From an uncultured Phycisphaeraceae bacterium (GTDB taxonomy: Bacteria; Planctomycetota; Phycisphaerae; Phycisphaerales; UBA1924): a stretch of 64,000 bases of DNA. The stretch spans positions 10,192 to 74,191 of the forward strand of contig CAZEDW010000014.1 of NCBI GenBank assembly GCA_964510955.1, in the 5' to 3' direction. This document shows, in pieces, positions 17,792 to 27,305 of this stretch (within the stretch, counting starts at the first letter, position 1; each line of letters begins with the position of its first letter). Below the pieces are notes generated by a model, which was not told the DNA's origin, searched no databases, and saw nothing but the letters and a program-made list of their open reading frames with translations. The position numbers and the translations under genes were made by a program.

Positions 17792-17894
17792 CCCGCGCCG
17801 GCGCCGCGAACACGCCGCCGTTCGGTGGTAGCCTTGTCCGGCCGGCGCTCCCTCGCGCCCTTGTACCCGAGCGAGACCCTCCAGACCCACGCCC

Positions 17895-18992
17895 GTGCCC
17901 GCACCGCTGCTCACCATCGATGACCTGGCCGTCACCTTCGTAGGGCCGGGCGGCGCGACGACCCGAGCGGTCGACGGCGTGCGGCTCAGCGTGCACCCGC
18001 GCCAGACGCTGGCGGTGGTGGGGGAGTCAGGCTGCGGCAAGAGCGTGACCGCGATGAGCGTCATGCGCCTGAACCCGGTGCCGCCGGCGCGATACGAACG
18101 CGGGCGCATCCTGTACCAGCCGTCGGACGATCCGGGCGCGGCGCCCGTCGATCTGCTGAAGCTCCCAGAAAAAAAGCTCCGCTCCTACCGCGGCGGACAG
18201 GTCGCCATGATCTTCCAGGAGCCGATGACGAGCCTCAATCCGGTGTACACCGTCGGCGAGCAAATCGTCGAGGCCGTGCTTCTGCACCAGCCGGTGCGCA
18301 CCGAGCAGGCCTGGGAAGTTGCGGCGCGGGCCATGACCGACGTGGGCATCTCCGACGCGCGGGCCCGCATGGGCGCCTATCCCCACGAGTTCAGCGGCGG
18401 CATGCGCCAGCGCGTGATGATCGCGATGGCGCTGGCCTGCGGTCCACGGCTGTTGCTGGCCGACGAGCCGACGACGGCGCTCGACGTGACGATCCAGGCC
18501 CAGATCCTCGCGCTGCTCAAGGAGCTGCAGCGGACCCGCGGGCTTGGGATCATGCTGATTACGCACGCGCTGGGCGTGGTGGCCGAGAACGCCGACACGG
18601 TGTGCGTCATGTACGCCGGGCGGGTGGTCGAGTACGCGACGGTGCCCGAGCTGTTCCGCCGCCCCATGCACCCCTACACCAGGGCGCTCCTGAAGTGCAT
18701 CCCGAGCGTCCACGAGCGCCGCGCGCGACTTGAAACGGTGCGTGAGCTGATGGACGACCCGCGTGAGTTTGAGCCTCTCGCGCACGGACTTCCCGACGGC
18801 ACACGCCCGTGGTGGCCGGCGCACGCCGTGCCGAGCGATCTCGCCCCGGGGGCGACATCGAAGCTCGCGGAGGTGGGGCCCGGTCACTGGGTCGCGTTGT
18901 GGCGCACCGCCGCCGCCGCCGATCTGCCCGAGCGGTTCCCAGACCTGGATTTCAGTCGTGAAAGCGCCGGCCGCGCCGCGACCGCGGCGTGA
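17895..18992 (+). CDS. ABC transporter ATP-binding protein (OppD/DppD-like)
   Basis: 365 aa. Walker A GESGCGKS, signature FSGGMRQRV, Walker [13 protein letters not shown], and an oligopeptide-type C-terminal extension (HPYTRALL). GTG start. No adjacent permease. Confidence 0.85.
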   Translation: MPAPLLTIDDLAVTFVGPGGATTRAVDGVRLSVHPRQTLAVVGESGCGKSVTAMSVMRLNPVPPARYERGRILYQPSDDPGAAPVDLLKLPEKKLRSYRGGQVAMIFQEPMTSLNPVYTVGEQIVEAVLLHQPVRTEQAWEVAARAMTDVGISDARARMGAYPHEFSGGMRQRVMIAMALACGPRLLLADEPTTALDVTIQAQILALLKELQRTRGLGIMLITHALGVVAENADTVCVMYAGRVVEYATVPELFRRPMHPYTRALLKCIPSVHERRARLETVRELMDDPREFEPLAHGLPDGTRPWWPAHAVPSDLAPGATSKLAEVGPGHWVALWRTAAAADLPERFPDLDFSRESAGRAATAA

Positions 18993-19056
18993 GCGGATCG
19001 CCAGCCCCGTCGTCGATTCAGCCCTTTGTCCCCTCCGTCCCTGCGCGTTCGATCGA

Positions 19057-20220
19057 TCACGGAAGCAAGACCCGCATCCGCTCGACCGCGGCCCGGATGG
19101 TCTCGAGTTTCTTGCAGAAGGCGAATCGCACCCACCGGCTGCCCTCGGCGCGGTCCTCGTAGAACACGCTGGGTGGGATGGCCGCCACGCCCACTTTCTC
19201 GATCAGGTGTTTCACCAGCGCCACATCGCCCTCCAGCCCCAGCCGGCGCGACACATTGGAGTGCCGGGCGTAGATGAAGTAGCCGCCCTGGGGGGTGGCG
19301 AACTCGAAGCCCAGCTCACGGAGCGCCGCGGCCAGCACGTCGCGACGCTCGACGAACGCCGCCCGGTTTTTCGCAAAGAACTCAGGAGGCGAGGCCAGCG
19401 CCGCCACCGCGGCGTGCTGCATCGGCGTGCTGACGGCGAACGTCAGGAACTGGTGCGCCGAGCGGATGGCCCTGGTGAGTTCCGGCGGCGCCACGGCCCA
19501 GCCGATCTTCCACCCTGTCAGGCTGAACGTCTTGCCCAGCGAACTCAGGGTGACCGTGCGTTCGGCCATGCCCGGCAGCGAGGCGAAACGGACGTGGCTG
19601 CCGGTGTAAACGAGCTGCTCGTACACCTCGTCGCTGATCACGACCAGCCCGTGGCGCTGGGCGACCCGCGCCACCGCGCCGAGTTCCTCACCGGTAAACA
19701 CGCGCCCCGTGGGGTTGTGCGGCGTATTGACGATGATCGCCCTGGTGCGTGCCGTCACTGCGCGGTCCAGGGCCGATTCGTCGATCTCGAAGCGGGGCCC
19801 GCGCAGCGTGACGAACCTTGGCGTGGCCCCGGCCATGGCCAGGCAGGCTCGGTAGCTGTCGTAATAGGGCTCAAAGAGCACCACTTCGTCGCCGGGGTTC
19901 AGCAGCCCGATGAGCGTGGCGGCGATGGCCTCGGTGCACCCGGCGGTAACGGTAATCTGCGTGTCGGGGTCGATTCCCAGCCCGGAGTCCCGCAGAAATG
20001 CCCCCGAGATGGCACGATTCAACTCCGGGACTCCAGCCATCCTGGCGTACTGGGCGTGCCCGGCGTTGATGGCGTCGATCGCTGCTTTTTTGACGTGGTC
20101 CGGGCCGTCAAAGTCTGGGAAACCCTGGGCGAGGTTTACCGCGCCGTGCTCGAGCGCGAGCCTGGAAATCTCGGTGAAAATGGTGGTACCGAACGGGATA
20201 AGGGCGGCGTTGGCGAGCAT
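19057..20220 (-). CDS. class I/II pyridoxal-phosphate aminotransferase (YbdL/kynurenine aminotransferase-like)
   Basis: 387 aa. Contains NLAQGFPDF, NTPHNPTG and SLGKTFSLTGWKIGW (the PLP-binding Lys region). Confidence 0.85.
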   Translation of the reverse strand: MLANAALIPFGTTIFTEISRLALEHGAVNLAQGFPDFDGPDHVKKAAIDAINAGHAQYARMAGVPELNRAISGAFLRDSGLGIDPDTQITVTAGCTEAIAATLIGLLNPGDEVVLFEPYYDSYRACLAMAGATPRFVTLRGPRFEIDESALDRAVTARTRAIIVNTPHNPTGRVFTGEELGAVARVAQRHGLVVISDEVYEQLVYTGSHVRFASLPGMAERTVTLSSLGKTFSLTGWKIGWAVAPPELTRAIRSAHQFLTFAVSTPMQHAAVAALASPPEFFAKNRAAFVERRDVLAAALRELGFEFATPQGGYFIYARHSNVSRRLGLEGDVALVKHLIEKVGVAAIPPSVFYEDRAEGSRWVRFAFCKKLETIRAAVERMRVLLP

Positions 20221-20651
20221 CTCGGCAGCCTATCCCATGCCGAGGGGCCGGGAGGATCATGGAAATATTGGACTGGCGGGTCCGCATCCGAGCGGTGTGG
20301 GCGGAGGCGTGCCGTGAAATTGGCGCCTTTCCGGGGTGTCAAGTGGAATTCTCTTCGCCAGGCCAGTTTTTCGCCGTAGAATGAGGGTGGAGACATGGAA
20401 GTGGAATCCCTTTGCGCTTGGTGGGATTCCTGCGCGGTAACGGATTTTTCCTACCGAAAAATCTGGGCGCGATCTCCTTGCCTTCTCCGAAACCGGGTGT
20501 ATATTCAGGACAAGTAGGAGGGAAGTTGGGGAAGGAACACGTCTCTCCCCCCCGGCTTCCGTGCTTGGTTCGTGCCTTGATCGTCGTGCGCCCAATGTCC
20601 CCGGGCGGCGTCGTTTGGGGCCGCGTTGTTCGCAGCATGAGGAGTAGGGAT

Positions 20652-21404
20652 ATGCGTCACATCATCGTTGCCTCGTTGGTCCTCGCCGCCGCTGGATCCG
20701 CTCAGGCGGGCTACAGCAGCCTCTTTGACATGCAGGTCGACTTCAACGGTCAGGCCTGGGTCATGAGCCAGTACCCCAATGACTGGTCGTCTCGCGTGAA
20801 CGAGAACGGCGACACGGTCATCCACGGTCAGTCCGTCTGCTTCCAGGATGCCGGCGGCAACTGGATGGGCATGACTTATGACCTGATCATCGGGAGCACC
20901 GACAACACCCGCGGGAACCCGATCTCTTCGATCAGCTCGAGCTTCACCCTGACCAACGCGTTCCCGGTGACCAACACCTTCACGGTGACCGCCTCGTTGC
21001 CCATCACCATTCCGTTCCCCGCCACGCTGATGCGCGGCTCGTTCTCGGGCTCGGTGATCGACAACTCCGCCGGTCAGAACGGCGCGACCATCGCCGCGGT
21101 CGCCGGCGGCTCGATGTACGAGGCCCTGCTCGACGGCGGCACGGTCCGCACGCTGCGGAACGACCCCTTCTCGGTCTCCGCCGCCGGCGGCTCGACCGCG
21201 TCGATCCCGACCCAGAACTTCGGCGTCCCCGCCTTCGAGGCCGGCCCCGCCGCGGCTGCCACCATCGGCATCCGCAACACGTTCACCCTCACCGCCGACG
21301 ACTCGGCGACCAACAGCTCGACCTTCATCATCCAGGTGCCGGCCCCCGGCGTCGCGGGTGTCGCGGGTCTGGCCGGCCTGGTCGGCCTCCGTCGCCGCCG
21401 CTGA
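20652..21404 (+). CDS. PEP-CTERM sorting-domain secreted protein
   Basis: Track ORF is 20412..21404; the ATG at 20652 (MRHIIVASLVLAAAGSAQAG) is preferred. C-terminal VPAPGVAGVAGLAGLVGLRRRR. Confidence 0.85.
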   Translation: MRHIIVASLVLAAAGSAQAGYSSLFDMQVDFNGQAWVMSQYPNDWSSRVNENGDTVIHGQSVCFQDAGGNWMGMTYDLIIGSTDNTRGNPISSISSSFTLTNAFPVTNTFTVTASLPITIPFPATLMRGSFSGSVIDNSAGQNGATIAAVAGGSMYEALLDGGTVRTLRNDPFSVSAAGGSTASIPTQNFGVPAFEAGPAAAATIGIRNTFTLTADDSATNSSTFIIQVPAPGVAGVAGLAGLVGLRRRR

Positions 21405-21493
21405 TACGGATCCTCAGGGCCTGATTTGCCGCTGGGGACAAAAAACTTTTTCAGTGAGCGGTATCGGCCCGCATTCGCTTGAAGACCAAGCGC

Positions 21494-21547
21494 CCCGCCG
21501 GTAAGTCTTTGTAAATCAAGGACTTATCGGTGGGCTTTTGTTTTTGT
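21494..21547 (+). terminator. intrinsic terminator-like hairpin plus T-tract
   Basis: CCGCCGGTAAGTCTTTG / CAAGGACTTATCGGTGGG forms an imperfect stem, followed by CTTTTGTTTTTG. Confidence 0.65.
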
Positions 21548-21771
21548 CTGACCCTGATGTCGGCTCCATGATCGGATTACGTTTGGGTAATCGGCCGATC
21601 GGAGTCCGGAATCTCGCTTGCTCGCCAGAGAATCCGGTGCATATTCATGGTGTCCGTTTGGCTCGGGGACAATAGAGCCCGGCGGACCTTCCCTGAGGGG
21701 ATGACATCATCTGGACCGCTGGATAGGAACCGGTGGTTCACCTCAGACACGTCCAGTTGAGGGAGAGACTT

Positions 21772-22482
21772 ATGCGTCGCATCACAAGCTTCATCGCTCC
21801 TGCCGTTGTTTTGGCTGCCGCCTCGAGCTCGTTCGCCGGCGCTCTGCCCGCGTTCAACTATGAGCTCAGCGTCGGTGGCGCGCCGGTCTACAGCACCGCC
21901 GCGTTCCCGGGCACCTGGTCGGCGGTTCCGCAGGGCGGCAACGCCTGGCTCGTGCAGGGCTCGTACGCCACCGGCGCGTTCAGCTTCGACTTCCAGCTCA
22001 CGCTGAAGTCGGACCCGTTCTGCACCTCGAACTTCAATCTCACCAATACCAGCGGGGCGCTTGGTCTGTATTCCACCTCGCTGACCGTGGCCGTCACTCC
22101 GGTGGCGGCCCCTAGCAGTTACCAGGGCGGCATCTCGGGTTCGATCACCGACAACTCGACGAACTTCGATGGCGCCCTGCTTACCGCCGTTCCCGGCGCG
22201 TTCTACACCTCGCTGATTGACGGGGTGCCGTTCCATGTCGAGTACCCCAGCGGGTCCTCGATCGCTGAGCCCTTCGGCGGCCTCACCGCTGACATCCCCG
22301 CCGCCAACTACGGTGGCGCGGGCGGCCCCGCGGTCGTCGGCAGCATCGGCATCCGGAACGATTTCAGCCTCACCGCTGACGACAGCGTTGGCATGATCTC
22401 CCGCTTCGACATCGTCCCCGCCCCCGGCGCTGCGTCGATGCTCGGCCTCGCGGGTCTCGTCGGCCTCCGCCGCCGCCGCTAA
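21772..22482 (+). CDS. PEP-CTERM sorting-domain secreted protein
   Basis: Track ORF is 21733..22482; the ATG at 21772 (MRRITSFIAPAVVLAAASSSFAG) is preferred. C-terminal VPAPGAASMLGLAGLVGLRRRR. Confidence 0.85.
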   Translation: MRRITSFIAPAVVLAAASSSFAGALPAFNYELSVGGAPVYSTAAFPGTWSAVPQGGNAWLVQGSYATGAFSFDFQLTLKSDPFCTSNFNLTNTSGALGLYSTSLTVAVTPVAAPSSYQGGISGSITDNSTNFDGALLTAVPGAFYTSLIDGVPFHVEYPSGSSIAEPFGGLTADIPAANYGGAGGPAVVGSIGIRNDFSLTADDSVGMISRFDIVPAPGAASMLGLAGLVGLRRRR

Positions 22483-22633
22483 TCGAGTCACTTTGAAGTC
22501 CGCCGCGCTCGGGTCTGTTCGACCGCCCGCGGTACGACCACGGAAACAGACGGTATTCCCTTGGCGAGCTGGCTTCGGCGCAGTGCGCCGGTGACCCAAG
22601 GCCGTCCACTTCCCATCTCCACTGCACTGCGTG

Positions 22634-22668
22634 AAACGGGCACCGCTTGGTAGCCCGTTTTATTTTTT
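22634..22668 (+). terminator. intrinsic terminator-like hairpin plus T-tract
   Basis: AAACGGGC ... GCCCGTTT stem followed by TATTTTTT, about 150 nt after the stop at 22482. Confidence 0.65.
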
Positions 22669-22882
22669 GCCCGCCCTTGGCCGGTGATTGGTCGGAGGGT
22701 CCGCGTCCGTCCAGGGCCTCCGCACCGCCGCAGTGTCGACGCCGTCGGGCTCACAAGTCTGAGCATGTTCATGGAATCATTCCAGGCCCCGCGCCGGCGC
22801 ACGCCTGCGGAGCGCGCCCGCTATGATTCCAACCCATTTTTTCATCGCACCAAGACACACAACGCCGTATCGAGGAGTCCCC

Positions 22883-23851
22883 ATGCGTCGCGCGAAGATC
22901 TCGATCATCGGAGCCGGGAACGTCGGAGCCACCTGCGCCCACTGGGCCGCCGCCAAGGAGTTGGGCGACATCGTGCTGCTGGACATCCCCGACCGCGTCG
23001 GCGTGGCCCAGGGCAAGGCCCTGGACCTCGCCTGCTGCGCCCCCATCGAGCGATTCGACGCCCGCATCACCGGCACCAGCGACTACCGCGACATCGAGAA
23101 CTCCGACGTGGTGGTGGTGACCGCCGGCATGCCGCGCAAGCCCGGCATGAGCCGCGACGACTTGATCCAGACCAACGTGACGATCGTCAAGAGCGTGTGC
23201 GAGCAGATCAAGAAGTACGCCCCGCAGTCGATGGTCATCGTCGTCAGCAACCCGCTGGACGCGATGGTCTACACGGCGTGGAAGGTCACCGGCTTCCCCA
23301 CCGGCCGCATCATGGGCCAGGCCGGCGCCCTCGACGTTGCCCGATTCCGCGAGTTCATCGCCATGGAGCTGGGCGTCAGTGTCGAGGACATCAGCGCGCT
23401 GCTACTGGGTGGACACGGCGACGACATGGTCCCCCTGCCCCGCCTCACCAGCGTCCACGGGATCCCGCTGACCGACCTGCTCTCCCCCGAGAAGATCGCC
23501 GCCTGCACCGAGCGAGCCAAGGTCGGCGGCGGCGAAATCGTCAAGCTCATGGGCACCAGCGCCTACTACGCCCCGGCGTCCGGCACCATCCAGATGGTCG
23601 AGGCCATCGTAAAGGACAAGAAGCGGATCATCCCCTCCGCCGCGTACTGCGAGGACGAGTTCGGGATCGCCCCGGGTCAGAAGGGCAAGGGCTACTTCGT
23701 CGGTGTCCCGGCCCTGCTCGGCAAGAACGGCGTCGAACGCATCATCACCTTCAAGATGACCGCCGACGAGCAGAAGCTGATGGACGAGTCTGTCAGCCAC
23801 GTGAAGGACCTCGTCAAGGTCGTGTGCAACTTGTTCCCTGAACTCAAGTGA
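22883..23851 (+). CDS. mdh: malate dehydrogenase (LDH-like MDH)
   Basis: Track ORF is 22823..23851; the ATG at 22883 is preferred. Contains KISIIGAGNVGATCA, VVVTAGMPRKPGMSRDDL and GGHGDDMVP. Confidence 0.9.
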   Translation: MRRAKISIIGAGNVGATCAHWAAAKELGDIVLLDIPDRVGVAQGKALDLACCAPIERFDARITGTSDYRDIENSDVVVVTAGMPRKPGMSRDDLIQTNVTIVKSVCEQIKKYAPQSMVIVVSNPLDAMVYTAWKVTGFPTGRIMGQAGALDVARFREFIAMELGVSVEDISALLLGGHGDDMVPLPRLTSVHGIPLTDLLSPEKIAACTERAKVGGGEIVKLMGTSAYYAPASGTIQMVEAIVKDKKRIIPSAAYCEDEFGIAPGQKGKGYFVGVPALLGKNGVERIITFKMTADEQKLMDESVSHVKDLVKVVCNLFPELK

Positions 23852-24120
23852 CGGATTTGTTGACCCGGCTGCCCACAGCTCTGCGCTCTTGATGCCTCGG
23901 TGCCTGGCTGCCTGGATGCCATCCCAAACAAATGAATCCGGGAACTCGATCCGCCCGATCCCCGTAGGCAGATCGAGTTTTGCCATGGCGCGAACTTTGG
24001 TATAGTCATGGCGACGGATTCTGTTCGGGGGTCGGTCGCGAGTGTTCTCGACCGCCCGTCGCGCCAATTTCGGCCGGGAAGGGTTGGCCGCTTCAGGGAG
24101 CATGCTGCTTGGCGAACGTT

Positions 24121-24726
24121 GTGGAGTGGGTCCAGTGCAAGAAGTGCGGGCGTCGGCACCGATGGGTGGCCGAGCTCGCCGGGACCACCATCCGGTGCGG
24201 TTGCGGCGGGACGGTCGCCATCCCCGCGCTCGAGCCGGATCTCGCCGACACGGGGAAGTTTGATCCCAACGAAACGCTCGTCGATCCGTCGCTGACCAAC
24301 GAGGCCGCGGCGATCACCGCCGCGCCGCCCAAGCTCGGCGACGACCTGGAGATCGAGGACGAGCCTTCTAAAGGTGGATCGGTCGCCGGGCGCAAAGCCA
24401 AGGTGGGAGCGAGCCCGTCGGTGGGGGTGTACGGCGACACGCCGATCATCATGCGCGGGCACCGCGGTCTCTTCGGGATGTCGCGGGGTCAGGAGGTGGT
24501 GTTCTGGGGCGGGATGGTCGCGGTGGCGTTCGCGATGGTCGTGCACGCGTTGATCGTGCAGACGTGGTGGTACATCACGCTGTCGGTGGTCCTCGTGCCG
24601 ATCGCGCTGTGGAAGTTCATTCCCGCGCGCCGGATGTGGCAGGGGAACCGCTCGTTCAAGCGGGCGTGGGCCGAGACGTTCGCGCACGAGCCCGAGTCGG
24701 GCGAGCAGCGCACCGACGGCAAGTAA
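24121..24726 (+). CDS. zinc-ribbon membrane protein, hypothetical
   Basis: Track ORF is 23980..24726. The region before the GTG at 24121 looks non-coding, so the start is uncertain. Contains CKKCGRRHRW...IRCGCGG (zinc ribbon) and two C-terminal hydrophobic helices. Confidence 0.5.
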   Translation: MEWVQCKKCGRRHRWVAELAGTTIRCGCGGTVAIPALEPDLADTGKFDPNETLVDPSLTNEAAAITAAPPKLGDDLEIEDEPSKGGSVAGRKAKVGASPSVGVYGDTPIIMRGHRGLFGMSRGQEVVFWGGMVAVAFAMVVHALIVQTWWYITLSVVLVPIALWKFIPARRMWQGNRSFKRAWAETFAHEPESGEQRTDGK

Positions 24727-24756
24727 GCCGCTCCGAGGCGTCAGGACGCCGGCCTC

Positions 24757-24792
24757 CAAACGAAAAACCCCGCGTCGCAGGGCGGCGCGGGG
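24757..24792 (-). terminator. intrinsic terminator-like hairpin (reads CCCCGCG...CGCGGGG TTTTTCGTTT on the minus strand)
   Basis: A 7-bp GC stem at 24768-24774 / 24786-24792, with the A-run at 24763-24767 (a T-run on the minus strand). It lies just downstream of the minus-strand gene ending at 24825. Confidence 0.55.
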
Positions 24793-24824
24793 CGGGGTGG
24801 GTTGAGGATGCGTTGGCCGGTCGA

Positions 24825-25517
24825 TCAGTCGGCGTACTTCACGCCGCAGCCGTAGGCCTTGGTCGAGCTCTCGGTGACGGTCTCACCCTTGAGCATCTGG
24901 TCGAGGGCCTGGCGGACGTAGTTCTTGACTTCGCCTTCCTTCTTGTCGCCCTTGGAGTTGTCGTCGATGGCGCCCATGTAGGCGACCTTGCCGTCCTTGC
25001 CGATGATGAACATGTGCGGGGTGGTCTTGGCGCCGTACATGTGACCGACCTTGCCGGACTCATCGTTCAGGATGGGGTAGTTGAGGCCCCAGGCCTTGAC
25101 GGCCTCGGCGTCCTTGCCGTGGCCGGGCTTGCCCTTGCCGCCGGAGTTGATGCCGAGCATGACCACGTTCTTGCCCTGGTAGTCGGACACGATCTTCTTC
25201 ATCGTGCCTTCCTTGCCGTGACGGGCGCAGACGGGGCAGTCCATGTTGAACCACTCGAGGACAACGATGTTGCCCTTCTTGGTCCACTCGCTGAGGGTGT
25301 AGCTCTTGCCGTCGGAGCCGGTGAGGGTGAAGTCCGGGGCGGCGTCGCCGACCTTGACGCCCTTCATCTCGGCGGCATCCTTGTGCTCAGCCTTGTCTTT
25401 GTGCTCGGCTTTGGGCTTCTCTTTGTGCTCGTCTCCGGCGTAGGCGTTGCCGGCGATGCCGGCGAGGCCCAGGGCGAGGAAACCAGCGGTCAGACCTGCG
25501 ATCAGCTTGCGATTCAT
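24825..25517 (-). CDS. secreted thioredoxin-fold redoxin (AhpC/TSA or TlpA-like)
   Basis: 230 aa. Signal peptide MNRKLIAGLTAGFLALGLAGIAGNAYA, a His/Lys/Glu-rich stretch (EHKEKPKAEHKDKAEHKD), and VVLEWFNMDCPVCARH (CxxC). Confidence 0.8.
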   Translation of the reverse strand: MNRKLIAGLTAGFLALGLAGIAGNAYAGDEHKEKPKAEHKDKAEHKDAAEMKGVKVGDAAPDFTLTGSDGKSYTLSEWTKKGNIVVLEWFNMDCPVCARHGKEGTMKKIVSDYQGKNVVMLGINSGGKGKPGHGKDAEAVKAWGLNYPILNDESGKVGHMYGAKTTPHMFIIGKDGKVAYMGAIDDNSKGDKKEGEVKNYVRQALDQMLKGETVTESSTKAYGCGVKYAD

Positions 25518-25669
25518 CGTTGTCGCTCCTTCGGTGAGGTGTAGATTCTCGATGCGATCCGCCGACGGGGGTCATAATCACGCCGGCGGGTATCTCGAAA
25601 ACATCGACGACCCGGACACACCCGGATCGGTTTTCACAGTCGGGAAACGTCCGCTTGATGTTATGCACG

Positions 25670-26632
25670 TCAAGGAACGGCGATTTCGAGCACAAACGAC
25701 GCGTCCGCGGGGCCGTATCCGGGTCCGCCCCGGTCGCCGAGACCCCCGGCCAACACGACGCCCCGAACCTTGGCGCCCGGCTTGAGGTCGGCGGCGTCGA
25801 ACTTCAGGCGGAGGTTGCCGGCCTTCGACGCGCTTGCCTCGCCCAGATTCACGGGGATCACGTCGGCGTCGTCGGCGAAAGGGAAAAACTGCAGTCCCCG
25901 GGCGTTGGGAGCCGCCAACACGAGCACACCTTGTTCCCACTTGGCGATCACGCGCCCGGCGGCCTTGTCCCACGCTTCGGGGACACGCAGCAGCCACTTG
26001 TCGATCTCGACTTTCTGCTCCGATGGTTTAGAGTCCGTCCGGCACGGCCACACCATGGAGCACTCGCCCTCACCCTTCAAGCATTTCTCCTTGCACACAA
26101 ACCAGGAGGCCTTGCAGGTGATCGTGACGGGTGTGCCGGGCTTGAGCTTCGGGTCGGTGGCCTTGACCTCGAAGAGATGCAGCACGCGGCCCTCATAGGT
26201 GTATTCCACCAGGCCACCGGGCTCGGCGTGGCGCTGGGGCGTGGGCCACATGGGCTCGCCGATGGTGACGGCCCCGGGCGGGTCCACGGCGAACTCAAAG
26301 GTCGAAGGGAGCCCCGCGTCGCCGGCGTTCTGCCAGTAGGTGTGCCAGCCGGGGTGGATGTCAAAGGCGACGGCGAGCAGCGAGCCGTGGGCCCCGGGCT
26401 CGAATCCGTCGCGGCTGGCGATGAGCGTTGGTTTGACCAGCACCTGCTCCGCAGGCTCGGCGTCGGCCGCCGCCGGATTTACGACAGCCTTGTCCGACTT
26501 GGGTTCATTCGGGCGGGTTTTGGCTGTTGAGGCGAAGATCGCGGTCGACACCCCTGCGATCACAGCAACAAAGGCGCCGTTGCGGTTGCCGCGGCACTTG
26601 ACACACCCCTGTGGTTCGGCGGTATCGTTCAT
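25670..26632 (-). CDS. DsbD/ScsB N-terminal-domain-like thiol:disulfide interchange protein
   Basis: Track ORF is 25670..26773; the ATG at 26632 is preferred. One TM (AFVAVIAGVSTAIFA), the HPGWHTYWQNAGDAGLPSTFEF motif typical of DsbD-N/DsbC-corrector domains, and a conserved Cys pair (CKASWFVCKEKC). Confidence 0.65.
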   Translation of the reverse strand: MNDTAEPQGCVKCRGNRNGAFVAVIAGVSTAIFASTAKTRPNEPKSDKAVVNPAAADAEPAEQVLVKPTLIASRDGFEPGAHGSLLAVAFDIHPGWHTYWQNAGDAGLPSTFEFAVDPPGAVTIGEPMWPTPQRHAEPGGLVEYTYEGRVLHLFEVKATDPKLKPGTPVTITCKASWFVCKEKCLKGEGECSMVWPCRTDSKPSEQKVEIDKWLLRVPEAWDKAAGRVIAKWEQGVLVLAAPNARGLQFFPFADDADVIPVNLGEASASKAGNLRLKFDAADLKPGAKVRGVVLAGGLGDRGGPGYGPADASFVLEIAVP

Positions 26633-26635
26633 GCG

Positions 26636-27118
26636 ATGAATCAGAGCACCCACACCTGCCGTCGTCTCTCCCGTCGTTTGGCACCCGCCGCGCTGGGGGC
26701 GGCCCTTGCGGCGGCGGGGGGGCTGCTGACCGGGTGCGACCCGATCAGCGACGCCAAGATCGAGTTTGTCCAAATGACAGACGTGGCCAAGGCCATTAAG
26801 GACAACCCCAAGTCATACCTGGTGCTGGACGCCCGGGATGCGGCGTCGTACGAGGCGGGACACCTGCCAACAGCCAAACGGATGACCGCCGCCGACATCG
26901 ATGAGCACGATCCCGATCCCCGCCTGAAGAGCTACAAGGCCATTTACACCTACGGCGAGCACCCCAACCACAACAACGCCAAGGCCCTGACCAAGCGGCT
27001 GATGATCACCAAGGTGAACGACATCTACCTGATGGACGAGGGGTACATCGGGTGGAAGGCCAAGGGGTATCCGGTGGTGACGGGGAATGAACTGGGGACG
27101 TGGGCAGGTGGGAAGTAG
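26636..27118 (+). CDS. rhodanese-domain lipoprotein
   Basis: 160 aa. RR-containing signal with lipobox LLTGC, and YLVLDARDAASYEAGHLPTAKRM (rhodanese fold). No obvious catalytic CRxGxR loop seen, so it is possibly inactive. Confidence 0.65.
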   Translation: MNQSTHTCRRLSRRLAPAALGAALAAAGGLLTGCDPISDAKIEFVQMTDVAKAIKDNPKSYLVLDARDAASYEAGHLPTAKRMTAADIDEHDPDPRLKSYKAIYTYGEHPNHNNAKALTKRLMITKVNDIYLMDEGYIGWKAKGYPVVTGNELGTWAGGK

Positions 27119-27305
27119 GCCACGTCGCGCCGCGTAGGGCGTAGCGCATCGTCAAGAGTTAGCGTGGCGATGCGACACGGGGCGGGTGCTTCGGCGCGAC
27201 CGTCCGCCGCCGGCAGCGTTTGATTCATTGGCCACACGTCCTTGACGAACTTGTCGCGCAGGATCACGGCGTCCAGCGGCAGCCGCACCCGACACCCGGC
27301 CCCCC

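Noticed and set aside
17895-18992. Orphan OppD-like ABC ATPase as part of a novel system
   Set aside because: It has standard Walker and signature motifs and nothing unusual in the sequence. The lack of an adjacent permease is common for such ATPases and is insufficient on its own to call a system.
18763-20379. 538-aa plus-strand ORF
   Set aside because: It is antisense to the aminotransferase (19057..20220), which has clear PLP-enzyme motifs, so it is a shadow ORF.
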